A DNA stretch of 61,921 nucleotides, the filler included, from Stramenopiles sp. TOSAG23-6 (taxonomy: Eukaryota), in assembly GCA_900128565.1 (NCBI GenBank). It is 4 parts of 4 records of this genome, joined end to end, with 100 filler letters (N's around TTAATTAATTAA, not from the genome) between each part and the next. Parts side by side here need not be neighbours in the genome. Positions count along the whole stretch, not along the records: positions 1 to 15,450 come from LT636115.1; 3 more parts are not named here. The stretch is one strand, 5' to 3'. A model generated the notes under the pieces. It was given only the letters and a program-made list of their open reading frames with translations, made no database searches and was not told the DNA's origin. Shown piece after piece: positions 1 through 10,836 of this stretch (position 1 is the first letter of the stretch; each line of letters starts with the position of its first letter). Both the position numbers and the translations under genes were made by a program.

Positions 1-591
1 TAAGCCTGCAGACGGGACATCACGAAGCAACGTGACATACCATCCTCGGTAAAGGCCACGGATTCCACCATTTCTTAATACTTGCTGTGCACAATGAAAA
101 GAGCTCTTAAACTTTGATGTCTGAACACTTCCAGTCTGTACTTGCATTTGAATTTTAACAAAGTCACACGGTGTGGTTACGAGAGTTGTCATAAAACCTG
201 CCACAAGTCCAGCTGTAGTTTGTTTTATAAGACTGTTTGAACTACTCATTGATTCCGATGACCCATATTTTGATAAAAAATTATTTATAATTGGCATTGA
301 ACCATTGTATGAAGCAAATAAAACAGCTTGATATGCTCCGATTCCACATAGTGGAGCAGATAAACCACGCCAAAATGATCGAAACCCCTCATTTTTCAAC
401 ATTGACGAAACGCATTGCCGAGTACTTGGAGAAAAATTTGATCGCGTAGTATCCTGTAGACGAGTCTTTACAACGTCTATGGGATGTCCNGCGATGCAAC
501 CTGTGGCACCCGCTAAAGACCCAGCGAATAAATCCAAGAGAATAGATTTAATTTTGCCATGACGTTGTTTATTATTTTCACTCGGCGACAT
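1..591 (-). CDS. Mitochondrial carrier family (SLC25; carnitine/basic amino acid carrier-like), 3' partial
   Basis: Hand translation from ATG at 591 (absent from ORF track as it runs off the edge): DLFAGSLAGATGCIAGHPIDVVKTRLQ, EGFRSFWRGLSAPL, PCDFVKIQMQ = Px[DE]xxKxR signature repeats. Confidence 0.9.
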   Translation of the reverse strand, partial: MSPSENNKQRHGKIKSILLDLFAGSLAGATGCIXGHPIDVVKTRLQDTTRSNFSPSTRQCVSSMLKNEGFRSFWRGLSAPLCGIGAYQAVLFASYNGSMPIINNFLSKYGSSESMSSSNSLIKQTTAGLVAGFMTTLVTTPCDFVKIQMQVQTGSVQTSKFKSSFHCAQQVLRNGGIRGLYRGWYVTLLRDVPSAGL

Positions 592-1133
592 ATTTTGTTA
601 CTTATATCTATATGTATTTGTAGGGATGCCAGAGAGCCACGCCAAAATAATATAGGATTGTTAATCTCTTCACTAACTATATTTTAAACGATGCAAAGTT
701 ATGGGTAATGAATCTATCATGAATAAATTGAAAGTAGTGTAAAATAATTTTAACAACAATTGGAATATTCAATAGTAGCAGGGCTATTTCATTGTCAAAA
801 AAAAGCTATATGATGATCAATCTGGTCAACTTGAAAACGAAAACCTTGAAAACATCAATTGAATTTTTTTTTTATGTTCAGTTCGAAATTATCAGCTAAA
901 TTTGTTTTGGTACTACGTAGTATACGGCCTATATACTACTATAGTAGTACCTGTATACAGTACCTATATACTTACTTACTACAGTACAAGTAATTACTAG
1001 TGACTTACTAGTATACTACGTAAACCAGCAGCAGTAGCTACTATAGAAATATTGTGCTACACACTGTAGCTACTGTCGAGTTAGTCATCGCACCTTGACT
1101 AGAGTATTTAGCTATTCAATATTTATCATCCGT

Positions 1134-2063
1134 ATGGACGACTCCAAAAGCAAAAAACTGACTTTGACAGGCCCAGATGCAATTCAACTTGAGAAAAAAG
1201 GCTACGTAGTGATTGATGACTTTTTAGGATTGGAGTGGTCTACATCATTACGAAGTGAGCTTAAAAATCTGGTCGATAGTGACCAACTTTTACCAAACCA
1301 AGTGCAGTTTGGTTCACCTAGTGGTCCTGTGCGTTTTACAAAACCTCATATATATGAAGCTGACCTGCACAATATAACACTTCGGCAGCAGTGTCCAGAA
1401 TTTAGTTCGCTTTACTACAGTGATAATATATGTGAAGCAATTAATACTGCCCTTCCAAACTTTGGATTAGCGCCTGGAGTTACTGGAAAAGTGGTCAAAC
1501 TTCAATATAATGCAGGTTCTGGTGCGTGCTTCCCACTTCATTTTGATAACCCAGGCCGTCCTAATCAAAGAAAACTTACTTGTTTAGTATATCTTAATCC
1601 AAATTGGAAAAAGGGCGACGGTGGTGAACTTCAGCTAGTCCCATTTTTAGAACGTCCAGTAACAATTGATCCTATCATGGATAGAGCAGTTTTATTCCGC
1701 AGTGATGTTTTACTTCACCGCGTTCTTCCTACGCATAAGCCGCGTTTCTGTTTCACTGTATGGCTTGATGCAATAGTTGGCGCCGTAAATAGAAACAGTG
1801 ATATTCAGCTCAAAGCTAAACATTTAACACTTTCACCGACAAATCTGTCCGCTTTATTTAATTCACCTTTACAAAGAATTTTGTCACGCGCTGTTTATGC
1901 GGATGAATACGAAGCGTCTATTCAGGAATGTATGCAAGGTAGTGACGGTGCTCAATATATGACTCAGTATCATCGGAAGCATATAGAAATGTTGAAAACA
2001 AATACTTCGTTAGCCCTTTGCATTGAACGTTTGCGCGATATGAAGTATAAGGATCAAAAATAA
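1134..2063 (+). CDS. 2OG-Fe(II) dioxygenase, EGLN/prolyl-4-hydroxylase-like
   Basis: LHFDN...RKLTCLVYLNPNW..GDGGEL...HRVLP...RFCFTVW (HxD...H...R); first ATG 1134. Confidence 0.85.
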   Translation: MDDSKSKKLTLTGPDAIQLEKKGYVVIDDFLGLEWSTSLRSELKNLVDSDQLLPNQVQFGSPSGPVRFTKPHIYEADLHNITLRQQCPEFSSLYYSDNICEAINTALPNFGLAPGVTGKVVKLQYNAGSGACFPLHFDNPGRPNQRKLTCLVYLNPNWKKGDGGELQLVPFLERPVTIDPIMDRAVLFRSDVLLHRVLPTHKPRFCFTVWLDAIVGAVNRNSDIQLKAKHLTLSPTNLSALFNSPLQRILSRAVYADEYEASIQECMQGSDGAQYMTQYHRKHIEMLKTNTSLALCIERLRDMKYKDQK

Positions 2064-2337
2064 ATAGATGCGTAAAAATTGTATATGAAGTATAAAATGT
2101 AACATTAGGAAATTTTTTATGGTTTATATTATTATCTGAATCTCCAGTATATTTCACTGTTACAGTCTATAAGTTTGTAATCCTTGTATCTTTTTATTCA
2201 ATTCGGTTTTCATCTTGATGATATTGAAAATATGAGAAAAAGCATTTCATTATAATTCTAAACACAAACCCTAACCCTGAAAAACTGGTTGTTTTAGGTT
2301 TTGCATCAGTTTCGGAAGATGTAAAGTTATTAAGATC

Positions 2338-3016
2338 TTACCGACCTCGACCTCTACCACGACCTCTACCACGACCTCCACCTCTACCACGACCACGACC
2401 ACGTCCCCCGCGACTGTAATTGTGAAAATATCTACAAAGTGTGGTAAATGTTAAGAAATGTATGTTGTATAATTAAAAAAAGATTGTGGGACAGTTCATG
2501 CACTCCGAAAGTTGCTATTTCGTATATAAATGTAACTTACCCACCACGACCCCTACCAGATCCTCTGCCCCTACCGCCAGCGCCTTTGGCTGAACGACCA
2601 CCACCTTTAGCTGGTTTCTTTGGACTGGTAAAACGACTCAACGGTAATAACTTCATAGGGTCAATATAGCACAAGTCTCCCGCTTTCCAACTTGAAGCAA
2701 CAACACCATCAGCTGGCTTTACAGAGAAGAATACCTCTTTCAATTTACCAAATATTTCAGATAATGTACCGACTCTTTGAATGCCCTGAAGAAAAATTGG
2801 AGAGTTAAAATAGGGTATTTTTTCGTTACAGCTCTTGAATACCAACTCTCCCTCACATGCATGCGAGAATTTGCCTAACTCAACAACGCTGCTCGGTGGA
2901 CCTGTTGAACGTCCCCTACCCCTTCCGGCACCACCGCGTCCTCGACCTCTGCCTCCACCGCGTCCTCGACCTCTGCCTCTACCAGACCCACGACCTCCCA
3001 TTGGCGACCTTGCCAT
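2338..3016 (-). CDS. GAR1: H/ACA ribonucleoprotein subunit GAR1 (exons 3016-2541, 2413-2338)
   Basis: RGG arms flanking GPPSSVVELGKFSHACEGELV...IPYFNSPIFL...KLLPLSRF; canonical GTAAGT...TACAG intron 2414-2540. Confidence 0.95.
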
Positions 3017-3221
3017 TGTTTTCGTACTTTTTTCTTTGACACTGCCTGAAGAACAGTTTTTGTCGAATGGCAAGAAGATTCAATTTGCCTTCTTCTTCAA
3101 GACGTAATTAATCTAAATCTGAGCTGAATATATAATTTGGTGAACCGGGTATCTAGGAGTATTTTGTTTGAAGACACGATGAAAAAATAAATATAAGTAT
3201 TTGATGAGATATTTTTATTCA

Positions 3222-4288
3222 TTAACACTCTTCTTTATGCAAATCCGTCCCTGCACTAATTACACCATTTTTAAACGTAGAACTAAAAGAAAGAATATCC
3301 TTTCCGGTAAATTTATCTTTGTAAGTACCTCACACTTTAAACAATATATAAAAAATAAGATAAATGAATGCCAGAAGGATACTAGAAATGAATATATTAT
3401 TGACATAGTGCTTGTAATTAGAAATGAATATATTATTGACATAGTGCTTGTAATTGATAAAAATACCCAAGATCCATTTGCTGATCCCATATTAGCAAAT
3501 CCATACCACGGAGCAGTTCTTGGATCTGTTTTTTTCTTATGATTGTTAAAATTAATTAACTGAAACTGCCCACCTGCTGTAGGAACCTCAGGAGCTCCAT
3601 GAGTTTCTTTTTCACTTTTTCGATTATTCTTATGCTCAACTTTATTTTTTTCATCAATGAAGGCATAATTTCGTTGTATATTATCACCGAAAACAGCAAA
3701 AGAGATTGCATGAAGAATGTATTGGGCCTTTGCACCTGCACAAAATGGAGAAGTATCATTTATAACATGTTGTATTTAAATGTGAAAAACAGAATGGTTT
3801 TGAGTTGAGTACAACCAGAAAGTTTGAGAAAAAATTAAAAATTGAAACATTTGAATATAACTTACACTGTCGCAATTTGTAATAGCAAAGAATTGTGCCT
3901 GTCCTGTTGCATATCCTAACCAAACAGCACCGTCTTTATCTTTTCTTTGTGAGTTAGACTGCAGTGTTTTCACCAACATTCGCCATATAGTTTCAATACT
4001 TTCAAATGTATCACAGTTTCCATCGAAAGAGCTCAAATTCATATGAACAGTCCTGGTTGCATTACGTGCCCATGAACTTTTATTTAAACAATGACTCATT
4101 TTCTCTGTGATATCTGTTGTAGACTTTTCTTTTACTGTACCACCAATGATGAGTAAAACCAATAGCAGTAACGCAGAAAACAAATGAGCTAGAAATAGAT
4201 TATTTTCTGCGATGAAATCAAAACGAGTTTTGCGATCTATTACAGGAATATTGTAATTGGCAATCTTACTTTCATTATCCTGAATCAT
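3222..4288 (-). CDS. Membrane-anchored Cache-domain-like protein, probably 3 exons, junctions uncertain
   Basis: N-terminal TM segment; later frames give DPRTAPWY...GSW and YKDKFTGKDILSFSSTFKNGVISAGTD, resembling dCache motifs; probable donors at 3865 and 3466. Confidence 0.55.
3383..3454. repeat. 36-bp tandem duplication (2 copies), probably intronic
   Basis: TAGAAATGAATATATTATTGACATAGTGCTTGTAAT x2. Confidence 0.9.
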
Positions 4289-4605
4289 TATTTTAGTTGA
4301 ATTGCTCTGCTTTTCTCTAGCTTGACACAAACAGATGACTTTATTATTGAGAGGTTTTTTCCGAAGGATTTTTTTCAAAAAACATTTCAAAAATAAAAAA
4401 AATAAAAAAATACAAACCTGCTGCTCTTAGTACTTTGCCGGTTTAGGTAGGAATTGAAAAAAACTATTCTCTTCAAAAAAAGACTGCTCTCTCGAGACAA
4501 AATTCAAAATGCGAATGATCTAGATCTAAGTACTCTTTGCGTAGCTACTAGCAATCAGACTACTACTTAGTGGTTCTATATTATAGCACTTCGTATAATT
4601 CAGGG

Positions 4606-5445
4606 ATGTCAAGTCCAGAAGTAGCTAGTGACGATCAACCGATCAACCGAGTGAAAGCTTTGGTGAATGGTGATGGCTCAAACTTTATGGTCGACGAAGA
4701 TCTCGAGCACGGGTCCGATACGCCGAGTAAAGCGCCAAGTTGGGACTACCCAGTCCAAACTCCTAGTTATGGAATGTCAGATAATACGCCAGAACTATGT
4801 AGTTGTTGCTACATTAGAAAAATAGGTCGATTTTATGTATGTTGTGAACGTCAGGGCCCTCCTCAATATCAAGGTCTTAAAACCCCTACGTGTGTATGAA
4901 ATGTTTATCACGAGCAATACTACAATAGTTCATGTTTTTTGAGCATTACTCTTTATTCATTTACAAACTATATATATATATTACACGAAATACAGATGGT
5001 AGGTCCATGCTGGCCTATGGTTATTTTTACATCCTCACTTATTATTGGAGCTTGTGTGGCTGTTGGGTTGGGCTTTACATCCGCTCTTCACTGGACAATA
5101 TGGATTCCAATAGGAGGTGTTCTCATACTAATGCTCACTACTTACTACTGTACTGCATGTGGAAATCCAGGAATACAACCGAGATTTTCGACAGCTCAAG
5201 GACCTAATTGGATGTATTATGAAAAGGTTGATAGTTTTCGCCCACCTGGTACTACTTTTTGTAGTGAGAGTCAGACCTTAGTGAAAAGAATAGATCATTT
5301 CTGTCCGTGGACGGGTACAACAATAGCTCAAGGAAATCTAAAGTGTTTCTACGCCTTTACATCAAGCTTATGTGTAGGTTTTATTGTATTGGGAGTTATT
5401 TGTGTGATTGGTGTTGCGCGTTTAGGAAAGGGTGAGTCAGGGTGA
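4606..5445 (+). CDS. DHHC-family palmitoyltransferase-like (exons 4606-4893, 4996-5445)
   Basis: TMs, NPGI, RPPGTTFCSE, DHFCPWTGTTIAQGN; canonical GT-AG intron 4894-4995. Confidence 0.85.
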
Positions 5446-6069
5446 AATATTTTATAAAAGAAATATTATCCTATACGTAGTACACCATTTAATCATTTAA
5501 CGTTTGAACAAAAGAAACACATTCCAAGACTTGAGTGAAATCAAAGAATAAAACCAAATACGGAACATCACTATTAAATTGATGAATACTTTATTTATTG
5601 ATAATGTATATATTTATGTATCGTATAATATCAACATCGGCTCTTTTATATTAGTATTAGATGTTTACAAACCCTTGCCAGTCATTCTGGCAGCTGAACG
5701 CTCCACTACTCCAACAAAACGGTAGTGCGCGACACACCCTAAAACTAAACCTAAACTCAATGACAATGCGTGGGTGATCACGCATGTCTTAATACTTACT
5801 TCCATTATGATACTGAAGCGATGTAGATTGTATTACCTACGTTTGTGTGTTTATTTATGATCAGATCAAGGCATAAAAGTTAAAAACTTGTGAACTCGAA
5901 CGAACTCGAACTCGAACTCGCGCACGAAATCAAAAATCTTTTGGTTTTTCCGACCGTTATTTGTTGCTAAAGATACTCTCCCGCATTTAATTAGTACTCT
6001 CTTGCAGCTGAGGTTGTTTTAAGTTTTCTTAGTTAATAGTTATATTAGTTAGTGCATTATAATTGAACA

Positions 6070-8198
6070 ATGTCAGAGTTACAGTTTATAGTAGATGCGC
6101 TCAACAAGCCGCCCTTTAACGCTGGTTTGTCACTAGTAACTTTTGATGAGAAGAGTCCGTTTGAGTTGCTGGAAACTCTTCAAATGGTTCTAGTTTATCT
6201 AGATAACACAACACATGATGTTGATATCCGCGATGAGCCTCGAGATAGTACATGCTCTCGTATAATGCAATTTTTACACCTCTTGAAGTACAAGTTTCCT
6301 CCAGGTAGAATTGAAGAGTTCAAACAATGTGTTATGAAAAGTAATCGTAACGTCATTTATCCAATGTTGTCGTGGATGTTACAACGACTGGCGCCATTAA
6401 AAAAGCGAGCATATTTGGCTCGATTTCTAATAAACGTAGAAGTCCCTTCCGAATTTTTTCAAGATGAAGAAATCAAAGCGGTACATACACATTACAAGCA
6501 ACTACAAAAACAATTTAAAGAAACCCACAAACAAGTGGACAAACTTCGTTCAAACAATCTTGCACCACAAGAACTCAAGAAAGAGATATCTCAACTTGAA
6601 GAAGAACGTCAACAATTAAAGGATAAAATTTCCCGAAATCAGCGAAAGATGCAATCAAAGGAAGGATTTCAAGAATTACTTGATGTGACAAGTGCTCTAC
6701 GTAGAGAGCAAGAAGAGGAAACAAAATTGCATGAAAGAATGCAAGAGCAGGAACATTTACTGTCGAAGGCCGAGGCTGAATATATGTATGTTTTAATTTT
6801 TTTCAAATTCGTTTTTTTTTTCGTACGAAATTTTGTACCTAACGATTTTTTCAACGGGAACTTCAAGAACTTCGTGAAAGTAACAAAGAACGCATGTCCG
6901 CAGAAGATATGCTCAATGATTTAGAGAGGGAGGTTGCTGAAAGTCGAGCTCTTGTCAAGGAAACTCTTCCAAGACAAATGGCACAACAAACTGAAAAACT
7001 GCGGAGACTTCAGAATGTCATGTCTGAACAGCCAAGAAGTGAAGAAGATGTTCGTCATTTAGAAGCTGAATGTATGTCAACTGAGCAAGATATATCTGAA
7101 CTTAGAAGACAAATATCAAACCAACAAGCAAAATTAGGTGATGATAAATTAGGCATATTTCGTCAACAAGCTGCGTTAGTGGAGCGTAAACTTAAAACAA
7201 AGGAAAAAGAGTGTGAAGATGCTGAAGTTGAAGCTGCGGAACTGCAGACAAAGCTACAAGACAAGGAAGCTATTTTATCGGAGTTAACAGGACCAAAATT
7301 TATGAAACGTGAAGAGTTCAAAAAGTACGCAACTGAATTGAGATCAAAGACAAATAAATATAAAAAGTTGAAAAAAGAAATCGCAGTTATTGCTGCTGAA
7401 ACCGTTACCCTAGACAGAACTGAACAACTTTTACGCAGCCGTGACGAAAATGTTCAAGAATTGCTCGCCAAAATTGAAAAAGAAAAAGGTGTTTCTGGAT
7501 ATATGACTACACAGGATGAATTAGCAAAAGTTTCACAGTTGAAGTCAGCAACAGATCAAGTGAAAGGAAAGACCTTGGAAGAGATTTCAAAAATTGTTTC
7601 AGATATAAATTCTTCGTTGAAGAAACGCAAAGTTCAATTACAACCACAAATTAAGAAATTAAGAGCTGTGCGAAAAGGATTTCGAGAATTAGAGCAAGTT
7701 TATCTACAGAAGAAAGCAACATATGATAATACTGCTGTTGGTCTTGAGAGTAGTAGATTGAAACTAGAGAAACAATGTGCAATTCTTCAAGAAGAAACCG
7801 TACAAGAAGAAAGTCGATATCATCATCTTCAATGTCTTATTGCTGTTGCTTCCTTTCGAATGGAGAGAGTGAAGCAAGAAGAAAAGTTCGCTAAAGGTAA
7901 TGGAAAATTATTACGTGATTTCAAAAACTACACCGAACTATACAATCATAAATTATCATCTCAGGCTTCTATGAGCAAGGAACTACACAAAAGACAGAAA
8001 GAAATAAAAGAGAATGCTTTGGGAAATATGAAGCAAAAAGGAATGTTTGAAGATCTCAGAAAGTTATTAGAAGCAAAAAAGCAAATTGCATTGGATCAGA
8101 AGAATGAGTCAAAGAAAGATGATGTAGATGATGATATTGATATGTTAACTAACATGGGGACAATAGTTGATGGTGCAAATGTAATGACTATCGAATAA
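6070..8198 (+). CDS. IFT81: Intraflagellar transport protein 81 (one family intron from 6786)
   Basis: MSELQFIVDALNKPPFN, LKKRAYLARFL, KGKTLEEISKIV...LQPQIKKLR; frame change coincides with the intron element. Confidence 0.95.
6786..6851 (+). mobile_element. Introner-like intron in IFT81, 3' box missing (probable assembly collapse)
   Basis: AT|GTATGT...TTCGTACGAAATTTTGTACCTAAC then directly coding-frame sequence. Confidence 0.7.
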
Positions 8199-8345
8199 GT
8201 AGTTATTATGGATATGTTTACTAATATCAGAACTCGCAAGGGTGATTAGAGCTTATACTATACAAGTAGAGCATCGTATATGAAAGAAAACGGCAATAAT
8301 AAAACAAAAGTAACTACACAGCATTTTATCAATGAATTTTAAATT

Positions 8346-10589
8346 TTATCGAACCAAAATCTCATATTTTTCCTTCAATTGTGCCACTTCTTTTTCCAAC
8401 AATTGTATTGTATGTTTTCGTTTTGAAAAATCCTTAATCAGAGACTTTGATCCAGAAAAACCACCACCCGTAGATTTCTTCTGAATTAACTTTTCACGAA
8501 TAATGTCACGTTCTTTCTTAAATTTAGTTAACTTTTCGCGTTCTAATATAACACTACCTTCAAGTGATTCATTTTCCTTAAGAAACTGATCCTTTTTAGC
8601 ATTCACAAATTGCAACTTCTCCTTCACATGCGATAAATGCTGAACACTCAATGAAATCTTGCTCTTAAATTTGAGTACCTCTTCAATTCTTTCTTCAATT
8701 TTTTCATTTAATGTTTGATTTTCAATTTTAAGTTGTTCAAAGTCAATCATGTGTAGTCCTTCAGCTAATTGTTCTTTTTCTTTCAGATCTCTACCTAACT
8801 TTTGTAATTGCATTCTGTACTTAATATTTGTAATTCTTACTTTTTCCATTTCAGAGTCCTTGCGCTGCTCTGCCAGTTCAAATTGCCGTATTATTTTTCG
8901 AGGGATAGTTTTACCAGTTCGCGAGTTTTCAGCAGCTTTTGCAATTTCTCGTTTAAAATCAGCAAATGATTCAGATATTTCTGTAGCTTTACCTTGTTTG
9001 TCATCAAGGCGAGCTTGAAGCTCCATTGCTTGTCGATTAAATGTATCTCTAATCTCATCTAATTCCTTTAAAGAGTCACACCAAATACTTAATTGTTTCA
9101 AATACCTTCTTTCCAATTCCATTGCGGATGATGTTGTTTCTGCAGCACCTCCATTTGAATTCAAAAGTTGTCTCCTTTTAAGAGTTAAAAGAGCGTGTCC
9201 ACTTAATAAAGCATTTTCTTCTTCTAACCTTTGAAGGTCACGATCAATATTCGGTTTCTGTCTTGCTTTCTTTTGTAGCGGATCTATGTACGTCTCGTCC
9301 TCAACTACGTTTTCATCTCGGGCTTTTTGCGCAGATATTTTCATTGTACTAGCTCCTACTGCTTCAGTAGCTTCAATTTCTGGTACCCATATTTGCGTAC
9401 GGACAAGAAGGTGTGCCCCCGTAGCAATAGGTACTGGAAGTATTACATCGTAGCCAGGCAATATATCACCAAAAGCGAGTGCAACCTGAGTTACCACAAC
9501 ATCACCTGCAACTGCTTTACCTTTTCTTTGACTTATAAAAACATCATTGACATGACCCTCTTCTACAGTATTCGGTGCAAGTGATACTGGTAATAATTCA
9601 AATCCTTCATTTGCTTCCTCTAATGATGATAACTGTACTTCAAGTAGTGGCAATTGATCTATTTCTTTCTCAAATGCAACCAATACTCCAAAATTCTCAT
9701 TGCTGCCTGACACCCGAGTTACGGTACCAGGCGGTGGAAGTACTGATTCGTCTTCTTCTGATTTTATAACCCATAAACCTGTTATAGGTGGTTCGGAGTA
9801 CCGACCTTTATTATGGTCAAGTACTATAGTATTTCCTATGAAGCCAAAATCACCTGGTAAAGTAAAAGTTTCCATGTCAGAAGGTTTGCTTCGTGGAATT
9901 TGTGTAGCTTTCCAGTCTGCAACATAAATAACGAGAGTGTATACCCCAGGTTTAAGCATAGATTCATCAAATTCAAGAGTAAATGCCCATTTACAACTAT
10001 CGCTATCACTACTTTGTATCTTCCAAGGTGGAATAGATACTATTTCTTTGCCCAAGGCAGCCTCTTTGCCTACTATTTGAAGAGTTCTAGCTTCACTAGG
10101 TGTTAGTGTAGAGTCAGCTCGTGAATCATAGAACAAAGAAGCTCCATATGGTTTGAATACATCACCCATTGTCTGTAATGCCACGGTTGTCCCATCCTTG
10201 TACCAATTCTCATCGATTTGATTCACGACAAGCTCTTGGCAAAGGTAAACTTCCGAGTATCGCATTCGACCTTTCCCAGTTGCAAACCCAATACCAACAT
10301 GTGTGACGTGTGGTGAGAGTGCGTTATCTTCTTCAACAATGCGTTCAATTTCGACACCTTCATCATTACCTCCAATGTTTTCACTTACAAAGCCATTGCA
10401 GTTTCTATATCGCTCGGATGCTCGAGAACCAGTCATATTCCAGGAACTAAGTGCGTTAAATTTCACCATGGCTTCACAGTGTTCAGTAGCGCAAGTAGAC
10501 GCCGTTTCGTCTAGTTTCACTGGTTTCAAAGATGCTGCTTTACGAAGCATATTAATTTCTCCCAAAATGCGTTTGCGTACATCACTCAT
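8346..10589 (-). CDS. CCDC96/CFAP184-like coiled-coil protein with N-terminal CAP-like domain
   Basis: C-terminal EQLAEGLHMIDFEQLKIENQTLNEKIEER (DUF4201); N-terminal INMLR...HCEAM...SENIG...THVGIG; first ATG 10589. Confidence 0.8.
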   Translation of the reverse strand: MSDVRKRILGEINMLRKAASLKPVKLDETASTCATEHCEAMVKFNALSSWNMTGSRASERYRNCNGFVSENIGGNDEGVEIERIVEEDNALSPHVTHVGIGFATGKGRMRYSEVYLCQELVVNQIDENWYKDGTTVALQTMGDVFKPYGASLFYDSRADSTLTPSEARTLQIVGKEAALGKEIVSIPPWKIQSSDSDSCKWAFTLEFDESMLKPGVYTLVIYVADWKATQIPRSKPSDMETFTLPGDFGFIGNTIVLDHNKGRYSEPPITGLWVIKSEEDESVLPPPGTVTRVSGSNENFGVLVAFEKEIDQLPLLEVQLSSLEEANEGFELLPVSLAPNTVEEGHVNDVFISQRKGKAVAGDVVVTQVALAFGDILPGYDVILPVPIATGAHLLVRTQIWVPEIEATEAVGASTMKISAQKARDENVVEDETYIDPLQKKARQKPNIDRDLQRLEEENALLSGHALLTLKRRQLLNSNGGAAETTSSAMELERRYLKQLSIWCDSLKELDEIRDTFNRQAMELQARLDDKQGKATEISESFADFKREIAKAAENSRTGKTIPRKIIRQFELAEQRKDSEMEKVRITNIKYRMQLQKLGRDLKEKEQLAEGLHMIDFEQLKIENQTLNEKIEERIEEVLKFKSKISLSVQHLSHVKEKLQFVNAKKDQFLKENESLEGSVILEREKLTKFKKERDIIREKLIQKKSTGGGFSGSKSLIKDFSKRKHTIQLLEKEVAQLKEKYEILVR

Positions 10590-10836
10590 CTTTGATATTT
10601 TTGCTTCCGCAAGAAACTTAAGTTTATTGTTATTTTTGCTGACGTAATCTACAGCACATATACTACTATCAATAAAAAAGAAACGCTTCAATTCCGTAAC
10701 GGTAACGGTAACGCACAATCTTCTGTAGTAGTAGATACAAAAGATATGACATTATATTTGAGTACAGCAATCATAAACAATTAACTAAGAACATATTGAT
10801 AATATCTCACACTGAAGAATAAATTAAGCACAAAAG

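Noticed and set aside
3374-3382. GTATCCTTC U12-like donor on minus strand
   Set aside because: No U12 branch site downstream, and it probably lies inside another intron
5962-5975. X-box-like GTTGCTAAAGATAC upstream of IFT81
   Set aside because: Single imperfect match, not seen at the other ciliary genes, and no evidence of RFX in this lineage
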